From an uncultured Coprococcus sp. (GTDB taxonomy: Bacteria; Bacillota; Clostridia; Lachnospirales; Lachnospiraceae): a DNA stretch of 64,000 nt. The stretch spans positions 96,471 through 160,470 of the forward strand of contig CABPYV010000007.1 in the NCBI GenBank assembly GCA_902461735.1, given 5' to 3'. The notes below the pieces were generated by a model, which made no database searches, was not told where the DNA came from, and was given only the letters and a program-made list of their open reading frames with translations. Of this stretch, positions 52,813-62,048 are shown one piece after another (within the stretch, counting starts at the first letter, position 1; every line of letters begins with the position of its first letter). The position numbers and the translations under genes were made by a program.

Positions 52813-53106
52813 ATGAAAGGCATATTGTCATATTTTATTTCAAGTGACATTGGTATTATAGATTCAGTAAATAAGGCTGCATCATCGATTACGGAAGCCA
52901 CAACGGAAGGACAGCTGGATCAGATATTCAACAGTACCAGAAAAGCTTCGGAGTGGTCTTACAGTATAATGAACATAATTTACATACTCGTAGCCATGGT
53001 GATAGTGGTTGCTATATTTACCATTACATTGTGTATATATAAGTACTTTATGAATAGAAAAGATCCTAATTATAAAAAGAATGATGATACTTTTCTGGAT
53101 GATTGA
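52813..53106 (+). CDS. Small hypothetical protein with a C-terminal TM helix (~98 aa).
   Basis: ORF MKGILSYFISSDIG..., hydrophobic segment NIIYILVAMVIVVAIFTITLCIY. Confidence 0.45.
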   Translation: MKGILSYFISSDIGIIDSVNKAASSITEATTEGQLDQIFNSTRKASEWSYSIMNIIYILVAMVIVVAIFTITLCIYKYFMNRKDPNYKKNDDTFLDD

Positions 53107-53154
53107 ATGCTAATGCATTTTCAGATTTTACAAATATAAAATGGCGGTGAAGAG

Positions 53155-53997
53155 ATGAGAATTATAACAGCAGAAGAAATTACTAGAAATGTCAGGGAGA
53201 TGTGTATAGAGGCAAATGTACACCTTTCCGATGATATGGAAAAGGCAGTCAGAGATTCAGTTGAGACAGAGGATAGTCCTCTCGGAAAACAGATACTTGG
53301 GCAGTTGTGCGAGAATCTGGATGTTGCAAGAGAGAATGACATCCCAATATGTCAGGACACTGGAATGGCTGTTTTTTTTGTGAATGTTGGACAGGATGTT
53401 CACGTGGAAGGCATGAATATAACCGATGCGATCAACGAAGGTGTGAGGCAGGGATATACGGATGGATATCTGAGAAAATCTGTGGTGAAGGATCCACTTA
53501 TCAGAGAAAATACAAAGGACAACACCCCGGCGATAATCCACTATGATATTGTACCGGGTGAGAATATAGAGATAACCATCGCTCCAAAGGGATTTGGAAG
53601 TGAGAATATGAGTAAAGTATATATGCTCAAGCCTGCTGATGGAGAAGAAGGAGTAAAGGCGGCAGTGATTCAAGCGGTTAAAGATGCCGGACCAAATGCA
53701 TGTCCTCCGGTATTTGTCGGAGTAGGACTTGGCGGTGACTTTGAACTTGCTGCAAAGATGGCAAAAAAGGCACTTACAAGAAAGGTTGGAGTACATTCGG
53801 ATAAGAAACATATTGCAAGAATAGAGAGTGAACTTCTTGAGGCAATAAACAACACAGGTATAGGACCTGGAGGCCTGGGCGGAAAGACTACAGCGCTTGC
53901 AGTGAATATAGAAACATATGCAACCCATATAGCAGGAATGCCTCTTGCAGTGAATATGTGCTGTCATGTGAACAGGCATGTTACAAGGGTTCTGTAG
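53155..53997 (+). CDS. Fe-S hydro-lyase (class I fumarate hydratase / L(+)-tartrate dehydratase) alpha subunit.
   Basis: 280 aa. CQDTGMAVFF, and a C-terminal CCH Cys cluster. Confidence 0.85.
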   Translation: MRIITAEEITRNVREMCIEANVHLSDDMEKAVRDSVETEDSPLGKQILGQLCENLDVARENDIPICQDTGMAVFFVNVGQDVHVEGMNITDAINEGVRQGYTDGYLRKSVVKDPLIRENTKDNTPAIIHYDIVPGENIEITIAPKGFGSENMSKVYMLKPADGEEGVKAAVIQAVKDAGPNACPPVFVGVGLGGDFELAAKMAKKALTRKVGVHSDKKHIARIESELLEAINNTGIGPGGLGGKTTALAVNIETYATHIAGMPLAVNMCCHVNRHVTRVL

Positions 53998-54104
53998 AAC
54001 ACTTGGCAAACACACATAATTGTAAGTTCAAAAGATGTGAACAGGCGTGTTATAAAAGTTCTGTAGAACAGTACAATCTGGATATTTATTTGGAAAGGAT
54101 CATT

Positions 54105-54704
54105 ATGGATAAACATATAAAAGCACCATTTGACAGAGAAGAAGTTAAAGAACTCAAAGCTGGAGATTATGTATATATAGATGGAATAGTTTACAGTGCA
54201 AGAGATGCGGCACATAAGAGAATGTATGACTCGATTATTGAGTCAGGATGTGCGGATATATCCGGAACTGAGTTGTATGAAAAAGGCATTGTACCAATTG
54301 ACCTGAATGGAAATGTTATATATTATCTCGGACCTACACCAGCAAAGCCGGGGCAGGTCATAGGCTCAGCGGGACCAACCACCAGCAGCCGTATGGATAA
54401 GTATACCCCGCTTATTCTCAGCAAAGGTTTGTGTGGAATGATCGGAAAAGGAAAGAGAAGTCCGGAAGTCATAAATGCAATAGTAGAGAATAAAGCGGTT
54501 TATCTGGCAGCGGTAGGAGGAGCAGGAGCACTTCTCTCCAAATGTATAAAAGAGTCAGAGGTTATAGCTTATGATGATCTTGGAACAGAGGCTATAAGAA
54601 AGATGCGGGTGGAGAATTTTCCTGCGATAGTGGTTATAGATTCAGAGGGAAATAATCTGTACGACACGGCTGTTAAAGATTATCTGGCTGAAAAAGATAA
54701 ATAA
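54105..54704 (+). CDS. Fe-S hydro-lyase (fumarate hydratase / tartrate dehydratase) beta subunit. Start at MDKHIKAPF; the ORF track gives 53958.
   Basis: ~200 aa. Beta-subunit-like sequence (GDYVYIDGIVYSARDAAHKRM). AAAGGA RBS. Confidence 0.8.
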   Translation: MDKHIKAPFDREEVKELKAGDYVYIDGIVYSARDAAHKRMYDSIIESGCADISGTELYEKGIVPIDLNGNVIYYLGPTPAKPGQVIGSAGPTTSSRMDKYTPLILSKGLCGMIGKGKRSPEVINAIVENKAVYLAAVGGAGALLSKCIKESEVIAYDDLGTEAIRKMRVENFPAIVVIDSEGNNLYDTAVKDYLAEKDK

Positions 54705-54919
54705 TAACATGGATAGATTAGAAATCTATTAAAAATATACTATTTGTTAATTTATATATTTATGAATGAAAAATATAGTAAATATTAACAAAATAATTGG
54801 TTAAAATGACAGATGTTATGTGATTGACGAAAATACATAAAAATAATAAACTAAAATACGAGGGAAGATTTAGAAAAAAATCAGTTTTTGATTTGGATTC
54901 AGATTAGTATTTGAATTAT

Positions 54920-54979
54920 GATTCAGATGATCTTGATTCAGATGATCTTGATTCAGATGGTCTTGATTCAAATAATGAA
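54920..54979. repeat. Tandem 15-bp repeats (gattcagatgatctt, ~4 copies) upstream of the FN3-protein gene.
   Basis: Direct reading. Confidence 0.8.
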
Positions 54980-55029
54980 GATTCTGAAAAAACATGGAGT
55001 ATTAAAGGATTTAGGAAAAGGAGAGATTT

Positions 55030-56283
55030 ATGAGAAGAGAAAGATCATTCAGAAAATCACTGTTATTTCTTGCAATTATGTCAATAATGATATTTGCAAT
55101 GTCAATAACAGCATCAGCAGCTGCTAAGAATATAAAGCAGACTAAGGGCGGAGAAAATTCTGTATCGGTTTCATGGAGTGGAACTAATGATTCAGACAGG
55201 TACATTTTATACTATTCAAAGACTGGAAAAGCCGGAACATATAAGGCTGAGAGTAGTAGACCAAGTTCTCTCAGAGAAGTATATTTAAGCAAGCTTACAG
55301 CTGGATCATCATATTATGTAAAGGTTGTATCATATAAGCAGAATTCAGATTATACTTACACTAAATATGCTACAAGTTCAGCACTTCAGGTTGTTACAGC
55401 CCCTGCAAGTATTAAATATAGTGATATTTTACAGACTGCAGGAACACCTACATCTGTTACTGCTTCATGGAAGAAATCAGCAGGTGCATCTGGATATATT
55501 GTAAGCAAGAATGATGGCGCTTCAAAGGCTATTGCAAAGAACTCAATAAAAGTGTCAGCTTCAGCAGGTAAGCATTATAAGATAACAGTAACACCATACA
55601 AGAAGTCAAAGTCAGGATTTGTTGCAAAGGCATATTCTACATCAAACTCATATATATTGTCATCGCCTTCAACACCTATGTATGTTGCAAATGGCGCAAA
55701 GGGAAATCTGTCATGGATTCCAACCAGCACTAAGAGTTATCCTACAATATATTGGAATACCAATCCTAATGACTATACATATCCGGCTGGATATCAGGTA
55801 GAGGTATATACAGTTGATGGAAAGAAGAAACTTTCAGGAGGATCATGCACATCAAAATATATAAGCATCACTAACTCAAAGGTAAATGCAGCTATAAAGA
55901 ATAAGGGATTCAAGGTAAGAGTAAGATCTTACATAAAGAATGACAGGGCTGTATGTTATAGTAAGTGGTCAGCTATGACAACAATTATTCCAGAGGCAGC
56001 AGTAAAAATCACATCAGCAAGAGGTTCATCAGCAAGAGTTACATGGCCAAAGGTAGCAAATGCTACAAAGTATATTATCTATGTCAGCAAGGATAGTGGA
56101 GTTAAAGATAGTGGTCACTGGTCAAAGAAGACACTCAGTGCTTCAACCACATCTTTCACCATTACAGGTCTTCAGCCATATAAGGACTTTGGTGTATTTG
56201 TAATACCTGTTGTAAAGATAGGTAATAAGCAGTACAGTGCAGCTAAGACATGGTATACATATTCATGGACATCAAGATACTAA
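55030..56283 (+). CDS. Secreted protein with multiple fibronectin type III / Ig-like repeats.
   Basis: Signal peptide MRRERSFRKSLLFLAIMSIMIFAMSITASAAA. Recurring V(S/T)xSWxx...GYxVxxYK-type repeat units. Confidence 0.6.
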   Translation: MRRERSFRKSLLFLAIMSIMIFAMSITASAAAKNIKQTKGGENSVSVSWSGTNDSDRYILYYSKTGKAGTYKAESSRPSSLREVYLSKLTAGSSYYVKVVSYKQNSDYTYTKYATSSALQVVTAPASIKYSDILQTAGTPTSVTASWKKSAGASGYIVSKNDGASKAIAKNSIKVSASAGKHYKITVTPYKKSKSGFVAKAYSTSNSYILSSPSTPMYVANGAKGNLSWIPTSTKSYPTIYWNTNPNDYTYPAGYQVEVYTVDGKKKLSGGSCTSKYISITNSKVNAAIKNKGFKVRVRSYIKNDRAVCYSKWSAMTTIIPEAAVKITSARGSSARVTWPKVANATKYIIYVSKDSGVKDSGHWSKKTLSASTTSFTITGLQPYKDFGVFVIPVVKIGNKQYSAAKTWYTYSWTSRY

Positions 56284-56308
56284 TGTAGTATATAAAACAT
56301 AAAAATAG

Positions 56309-56350
56309 TGGGTATGCAGAAATTTCTGTATACCCATTATTTTTGAAGAA
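56309..56350 (+). terminator. Rho-independent terminator after the FN3-protein gene.
   Basis: GGGTATGCAGAAA-T-TTCTGTATACCC hairpin followed by ATTATTTTTG. Confidence 0.75.
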
Positions 56351-56443
56351 AAAAAGTAGTTGACATTGATATGAAAATTTGATATTATAAACAAGCGTCA
56401 AAAATTAAATACTCTTTGGTAGGAGATTTATAATTAGGCATTT

Positions 56444-56531
56444 TGCAGAAGTACTCAAGTGGCTGAAGAGGCGCCCCTGCTAAGGGTGTAGACCGTTTAC
56501 GCGGTGCGAGGGTTCAAATCCCTCCTTCTGC
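56444..56531 (+). tRNA. tRNA-Ser (anticodon GCT), long variable arm.
   Basis: Acceptor GCAGAAG/CTTCTGC, anticodon loop CT-GCT-AA. 88 nt. Confidence 0.8.
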
Positions 56532-56563
56532 GTTTCCTTTATAGGAGATGCATTTAGACGTTA

Positions 56564-56635
56564 TTCCTCGATAGCTCAATGGTAGAGCACTCGGCTGTTA
56601 ACCGAGGGGTTGTAGGTTCGAGCCCTACTCGGGGA
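56564..56635 (+). tRNA. tRNA-Asn (anticodon GTT).
   Basis: Anticodon stem-loop CTCGG-CTGTTAA-CCGAG, T-arm GTAGGTTCGAGCCCTAC. Confidence 0.75.
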
Positions 56636-56682
56636 GCTTGAGAAAAAAACATATATAATCGGTTTTCTCATACAATATAATA

Positions 56683-56753
56683 TGGTGCGATAGCCAAGTG
56701 GTAAGGCCCCGGTCTGCAACACCGTCATCGCCGGTTCAAATCCGGCTCGCACC
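56683..56753 (+). tRNA. tRNA-Cys (anticodon GCA).
   Basis: Acceptor GGTGCGA/TCGCACC, anticodon loop CT-GCA-AC, T-arm GCCGGTTCAAATCCGGC. Confidence 0.75.
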
Positions 56754-56761
56754 TCTGATTT

Positions 56762-56795
56762 AAACCTTGTTATCATTTGATAGCAAGGTTTTTAT
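56762..56795 (+). terminator. Terminator after the tRNA cluster (AACCTTGTTATC-loop-GATAGCAAGGTTTTT).
   Basis: Direct reading. Confidence 0.7.
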
Positions 56796-56948
56796 TTATT
56801 TTAATGTGTCTGCTCCTTTTTAGAATCGTCAAAGTGCACTGATATTCAAGTACTCACTATGCAACCTGACGATACAAAATCTTGAATATGCATTTTCATT
56901 TTGGTATACTGTAAGAGTGTTAGTGGCTAATTTTGTGGGAGGTAGGAT

Positions 56949-58433
56949 ATGACTCAGGCATTAAAAGAATATAAGAAAATAGAATATAAACTGGATCAGG
57001 TGACACCTATTAACAAGTATGAACTCAACGCTTTTAATGTTCCATTTGCTGGAAATACAAGTATGTGCAGAGAGATATTTGTAAAGGGTGAAAGAAAATT
57101 GGAATTTTCGATAGATGGAGATATGAGTTTTCAGCAGATAATGCAGAAACCTATATTCCGCGATGAGCTTATAGAATATATATTCAGCATAAGCAAGCAG
57201 TTGGTATCAATAATACAGAATGGACTTGTATTTGATAAGGTTGTCTGGGATAGCAACTATATGTTCGTAAGGTTGAGTGATTTCAGTGTTCAGCTCTTAT
57301 ATCTTCCTCTTGATACAAGATTTGAACCAAGAAATATTGGAGAATTTATAAAAGCACTATTGTCTGGATTTGTATTTGCACATACACCAGCCATAGAATG
57401 TGCAAATCAGATAGTTGATTATTTTAACGATCATAGAGAATTTGATGCGTTTCATTTTAATGAGTTTGTATCGGAACTCAGGGCGTCAAGTCAGCTGCTC
57501 ATTATTCAGGGTGAAAAGGGAAGAAGTGAAGTCCTGAAGGAGAATAAAGATGTAAACAGTAAAGAGATGGCCATCCAGAAAGCAGAAGAGGCAGCAAAGA
57601 AAGCTGAGGAGGCCAGAATAAATGCTGAAAATGAAGCTAAGAAGCAGATACAAGAGGCAAAATATCAGGCAAATATTGCGAGACAGGCAGAAGATAATAG
57701 GATGAAGGCTGAGGCAGCGAGAGTTGAGGCAGAGATATGGAGACAGAAAGTTGCTGCGGAAGCCAGAGATTACGAAAAAACTGCTGTCCTTGCTGTGCAG
57801 GACGGAGAAAACGGACCTGGAGATTCGAGTAGTTTTGATGACCTGGAGAAGGCTAGGATCCAGAAGATGCTTGAGTCAGTTATGAAAGAGCGCCAGAGAG
57901 CTGAGAAAGCTTCTTCACAATATGCTGATGAGATAAGACGCGCCAGAGAGCAGGAGATGCAGGCGGAGGAAGCTAGAATTCAGGCAGAATTTGCTGCAAG
58001 AAAGAATGAAGAGGAAGCTAGGAGACAGGCAGATCTGGCTAGAAGACAGGCAGAAGAGGCAAAGAGACTCAGTGAACAGACTGATGAAGAGCCGCCTACG
58101 ACATTGTTTAATAACAGAACTTTAGTCAGTAGTCATACACCTACACTTATGAGAAGAAATACCGGTGAGATGGTTCAGATCACCAAACAGGTATTTTGTA
58201 TAGGTAAGGCTGACCAGGGAGTTGATTATAAAGTTACGGGCAACAAATCTATAAGTAGAAGACATGCCTATATAACGAGTATCAATGGAATTAATTACCT
58301 CAGGGACAATAATTCAACAAACCATACTTATCTTAATGGAACACAGGTATATAGTAATGTGGATGTTCCTATACCTGATAACAGTGTGATACGACTTTCA
58401 AATGAGGAATTTATATTTAAGACAAACTCATAG
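56949..58433 (+). CDS. FHA-domain protein. It has an N-terminal ~190-aa unknown domain, a central Glu/Arg/Ala-rich coiled coil and a C-terminal FHA domain.
   Basis: C-terminal FHA signature GxxxxxxISRRHAYI...N.T.LNG...IRLSNEEFIF. GGGAGGT RBS. Confidence 0.7.
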   Translation: MTQALKEYKKIEYKLDQVTPINKYELNAFNVPFAGNTSMCREIFVKGERKLEFSIDGDMSFQQIMQKPIFRDELIEYIFSISKQLVSIIQNGLVFDKVVWDSNYMFVRLSDFSVQLLYLPLDTRFEPRNIGEFIKALLSGFVFAHTPAIECANQIVDYFNDHREFDAFHFNEFVSELRASSQLLIIQGEKGRSEVLKENKDVNSKEMAIQKAEEAAKKAEEARINAENEAKKQIQEAKYQANIARQAEDNRMKAEAARVEAEIWRQKVAAEARDYEKTAVLAVQDGENGPGDSSSFDDLEKARIQKMLESVMKERQRAEKASSQYADEIRRAREQEMQAEEARIQAEFAARKNEEEARRQADLARRQAEEAKRLSEQTDEEPPTTLFNNRTLVSSHTPTLMRRNTGEMVQITKQVFCIGKADQGVDYKVTGNKSISRRHAYITSINGINYLRDNNSTNHTYLNGTQVYSNVDVPIPDNSVIRLSNEEFIFKTNS

Positions 58434-58554
58434 TCATGCAGATACAGGGAGTTATAAGGAACATGTGGTCTTTGCTGAGATTATGAGGATATTATGTTAA
58501 TACAGTGCATATATGCATGATTACATATATGCATGCTTAATGGAGGAGATATTT

Positions 58555-60336
58555 ATGTATTGTGATAATTGTGGATGTGAACTGGGAGATAATATTAAAA
58601 AATGTCCTGTATGTGGAAAAGAGTTTCCTATGATAAATCCGGTTCAGGAAGAAGAGGAAGGAACCACGGTTCTCACATCAGCTCAGCAGGAACATGTCAA
58701 TCCACAGATGCAGCAGATGCCGGGACAGTCAAACCCGCAGATGCAGCAGATGCCGGGACAGTCAAACCCACAGATGCAGCAGGTGCCGGGACAGTCAAAC
58801 CCACAGATGCAGCAGGTGCCGGGACAGTCAAACCCGCAGATGCAGCAGGTGCCGGGACAGTCAAACCCACAGATGCAGCAGATGCCAGGTACGGGCGCCT
58901 CAAAGATGATTCCGGATGACTCTGATGTGATGATAAGAAAAAAAGGCGAGAAAAAGGGCATGAGTAAGGGAGCAAAAGCGGCATTGATCGTGATACCTAT
59001 AGTTGTTGTCAGTGCAATCGCTGTTCTTTCTATAATATATGTTCCAAAGTTCAGAAAGTATAATGAGGCAGAAGATCTGATGACACAGGGAAAAGTCGAA
59101 GAAGCTGTCACGATATATAAGGATCTTGGTAAGTTTAAGGATTCATATAGCAAGGGAAATGGAGAAGCTTACTATAGATATGCTGCAGATTTGGAGAAAG
59201 AAGGAAGAAATCTTGAAGCTGCAGATTATTATAAAAAATCTGGAAACAGTATGAAGGCAGCCGAAGATCTGGGAGACTCAGCAAGCGACAGATCAGATGA
59301 AATAACCAGTTCAGACGCATTTGATAAGGCTGACCAGTGTTATTACAATGCCGGGATGGATCAGATGAATGCAGCCTCGTATGATTCGGCTATAGATGCA
59401 TTCAAGAACGCGGGTTCATACAAGGATTCATCTGATAAGGTTATAGAGTGTACATATAAGAAAGCTCAGTCACTTATAGGTTCAAAGGATTATGATGGAG
59501 CCATAGACATTCTCTCAACCATAGAAGATTATAGCGATGTCAAAACACTTCTTGCACAGTGCTACTATAATAAGGGCTCAGAATTTTTAAAGGCAGGCAA
59601 ATATGATGATGCCTATGACATGTATACAAAGTCTGAGTATGATGATTATAAGACAAGGGCGAGTGAGTGCGTATATCTCAAGGCCGGTGAATACTATAAG
59701 GAAAAAGATTATAAGAATGCACTTAAGAGTTATGAAAAGGTAGATCCTGATTATAAGAAATGTGTAGATGAAAAAGATAAGTGTTATATTGCATTAGCCG
59801 GACAGGAGTATAAGGATAAGAATTATAAAAATGCAATAGAATATTATGAGAAGGTAAGTAAGGCAAACGTATCAGATAAGATAGTAAAAGCAAAACTGGC
59901 ATATATAGGTGCAAACAAAAATGCATCAAATGAGACAACTATGACATATCTGGGACAGCTAAGATATGCAGGAAATGAAAAGGCCCAGAAAGTATACTCG
60001 GAACTTGTAAGATGGAATATAGAGTCATTTGTAAATAACAGCCAGGATGATATGGAGAAGAAGTCCAACAGCATAAAGGCAAGTGCAGATTCTGATATAT
60101 ATATACATACCTCATTTGGATTTTCTGGTGATGATTCCATGAAGATAAGTGGATATGTAGTATACTCGGATGGCAATAAGTCTGACAGCATCAGTTTTTC
60201 AGACAGTGTTGTAGACGGATGGTCTTCATGGGTTAAGATAGGCGGAGATGGTATTCCAAAGGGTGTTACATATCTTTATCTTATAAATGAAAATACAAAG
60301 AATATAATAGAAGTTTATCCGTTCACAGTAAAGTAG
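58555..60336 (+). CDS. Membrane protein with an N-terminal zinc-ribbon, six Q/P-rich 11-aa repeats, one TM helix and an extracytoplasmic TPR-like (YY/KxxxY) repeat region. Start at MYCDNCG; the ORF track gives 58513.
   Basis: CDNCGC...CPVCG; NPQMQQ[MV]PGQS x6; TM AALIVIPIVVVSAIAVLSIIYV; repeated AxxYYxKxGxY-type motifs. GGAGGAG RBS. Confidence 0.65.
   Translation: MYCDNCGCELGDNIKKCPVCGKEFPMINPVQEEEEGTTVLTSAQQEHVNPQMQQMPGQSNPQMQQMPGQSNPQMQQVPGQSNPQMQQVPGQSNPQMQQVPGQSNPQMQQMPGTGASKMIPDDSDVMIRKKGEKKGMSKGAKAALIVIPIVVVSAIAVLSIIYVPKFRKYNEAEDLMTQGKVEEAVTIYKDLGKFKDSYSKGNGEAYYRYAADLEKEGRNLEAADYYKKSGNSMKAAEDLGDSASDRSDEITSSDAFDKADQCYYNAGMDQMNAASYDSAIDAFKNAGSYKDSSDKVIECTYKKAQSLIGSKDYDGAIDILSTIEDYSDVKTLLAQCYYNKGSEFLKAGKYDDAYDMYTKSEYDDYKTRASECVYLKAGEYYKEKDYKNALKSYEKVDPDYKKCVDEKDKCYIALAGQEYKDKNYKNAIEYYEKVSKANVSDKIVKAKLAYIGANKNASNETTMTYLGQLRYAGNEKAQKVYSELVRWNIESFVNNSQDDMEKKSNSIKASADSDIYIHTSFGFSGDDSMKISGYVVYSDGNKSDSISFSDSVVDGWSSWVKIGGDGIPKGVTYLYLINENTKNIIEVYPFTVK
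58699..58896. repeat. Six tandem 33-bp repeats (aacccacagatgcagcagrtgccgggacagtca) encoding the PQMQQxPGQSN repeats.
   Basis: Direct reading. Confidence 0.85.
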
Positions 60337-60344
60337 GTGATAAA

Positions 60345-60674
60345 ATGATAGAACGTCCAGAGTTATTGGCATTGGAATTTTATAAGTCAAGGCCATTTAA
60401 AGGCAGTGATAAGGGAATAAGGTATATGATACAGAAGGATTCTGTTCCCGTAGAGAAAGATGTGGATAATGATAATGAAACAGATGAATCAGGCGAAAAA
60501 GAGATGAAGACTGTATTGACAGCATTTATCTGGCCTGAGCCATTCTGCTTTGAGGTTACTCCTGATGAAAAGAAAGGATCAAAGCAATTTGATTTTTCTG
60601 AAGAGGGGTTATGTGCAGCTATAGATTGGTTGAATGAGAATCATGACGCATATGCATACAAAAAAGAAAAATAA
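60345..60674 (+). CDS. Hypothetical protein (109 aa).
   Basis: ORF with an AGGTGAT RBS. No recognisable family. Confidence 0.45.
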   Translation: MIERPELLALEFYKSRPFKGSDKGIRYMIQKDSVPVEKDVDNDNETDESGEKEMKTVLTAFIWPEPFCFEVTPDEKKGSKQFDFSEEGLCAAIDWLNENHDAYAYKKEK

Positions 60675-62034
60675 GGTTATTAAAAGAATAATAGGAATAG
60701 TTGCAGCTGTCATCTTATTGATGACAGCTATTGTTGCAATTATTCTTTTTCATTATCTGAGAAAACCTCAGGTGAAACTTGCTCAGGCTATGGCAAATAC
60801 CATAGGTTCATGTAAAGATTCTGAATTGAATAAAAAATATGGAACTTACGATATGTTTCAGAAGGTGATAAAAGGTGATCTAAATCTATCATTTTCTGAT
60901 AACAGTGATGATACAAATGGCAAAAATTTAGAGATAGATATGCTCAGATCCGCAGAGACGAATAAGTTTCTCACACAGACATCTATAGATGACAGTAGTT
61001 TTAAATTATATGTCAACAGTAAGACATCTATCATATACATAAATGATATGGCTGTCAGAATACAATATGCTGACAATCTTATAACAAATATGAGCAATTC
61101 GCCTCTGACAACAGTTTTGAGGCTGGATAATGAAACTGTATATGCATTTGGAAGTGCTTATGAGAACTGCATGAGATTTGCATCAAACAACTTCAAAAAT
61201 CAAAACGACAGAAATGCGGACGTGATAGAAAAGACTATCAAGTATTTTCTTGACATGGATGGAAGTTATGAGGGAAAAAAGATATTTTCTCTTGGAGATA
61301 AGTCTGAGAAGTGTAAATTATATTCGGTTACATTTGATGTAAATGACTTTTATGATTATCTGGATGATTGCTTTGGAACTCATGAACTGGATATAAATAG
61401 TGTATATGAGTCGTTAAACGAATATATGCCGGATATAGATACCGTTGACAATGCAGTGGCTATGGCACATGATATAAAGCAATTTGTAGATGATCTGCTG
61501 AATGGGGAAAATATAACATTTTACTTTGCAATAGACAGTGATGATGAATTGGTTACTTTATATGCCGATACAGAAAATAAATTTAGTTTCAAGCTGGATT
61601 TTACCGGGACAGATTATATTGCCCAGTCATACAGATTATCAGTTGATATCATAGGGGACCATAGTAAGTCATTTATATTTTCTAAGAAAGATATAGCTTC
61701 CGGAGATGAAATTGGTGTATCGTATACAGCCGAAATAGAATCAAATGGGATAATTGATAATATAAAAGGTGGACTTGATGTTATATTTTCCGAAGATACG
61801 GCGGAGATAGATCTGAATATAGGAAATGCAGGATGGAGCAAAAAAGCAGAGATATCAGGAAACAAAAAGGGTGAAAGTCTTGATTTTAAATGGGAAAAAT
61901 ATGGACAAGGAAGCCTGCATATAGGATGCGATCCGGGAAAAATAAGCAAACCTGATTATACTGAATGCATAAACCCATTTGACACAGACATAATCAGCGT
62001 GTATAAGTTTATAAAGAAGATAGTAAAAAGATAA
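60634..62034 (+). CDS. Membrane-anchored protein (N-terminal TM helix, large C-terminal extracytoplasmic domain). Unknown function; start uncertain (ATGs at 60634, 60643 and 60652).
   Basis: KRIIGIVAAVILLMTAIVAIILF TM segment. Overlaps the preceding ORF, which suggests translational coupling. Confidence 0.5.
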   Translation: MRIMTHMHTKKKNKVIKRIIGIVAAVILLMTAIVAIILFHYLRKPQVKLAQAMANTIGSCKDSELNKKYGTYDMFQKVIKGDLNLSFSDNSDDTNGKNLEIDMLRSAETNKFLTQTSIDDSSFKLYVNSKTSIIYINDMAVRIQYADNLITNMSNSPLTTVLRLDNETVYAFGSAYENCMRFASNNFKNQNDRNADVIEKTIKYFLDMDGSYEGKKIFSLGDKSEKCKLYSVTFDVNDFYDYLDDCFGTHELDINSVYESLNEYMPDIDTVDNAVAMAHDIKQFVDDLLNGENITFYFAIDSDDELVTLYADTENKFSFKLDFTGTDYIAQSYRLSVDIIGDHSKSFIFSKKDIASGDEIGVSYTAEIESNGIIDNIKGGLDVIFSEDTAEIDLNIGNAGWSKKAEISGNKKGESLDFKWEKYGQGSLHIGCDPGKISKPDYTECINPFDTDIISVYKFIKKIVKR

Positions 62035-62048
62035 TTTGGAGGTATATT

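Noticed and set aside
53257-54015. 252-aa ORF on the - strand.
   Set aside because: It is antisense to the hydro-lyase alpha subunit gene and is spurious.
53958-54104. N-terminal extension (MLSCEQACYKGSVEH...) of the beta-subunit ORF.
   Set aside because: It is created by read-through of the duplicated 3' end of the alpha gene. The real start is MDKHIK at 54105, which has an RBS.
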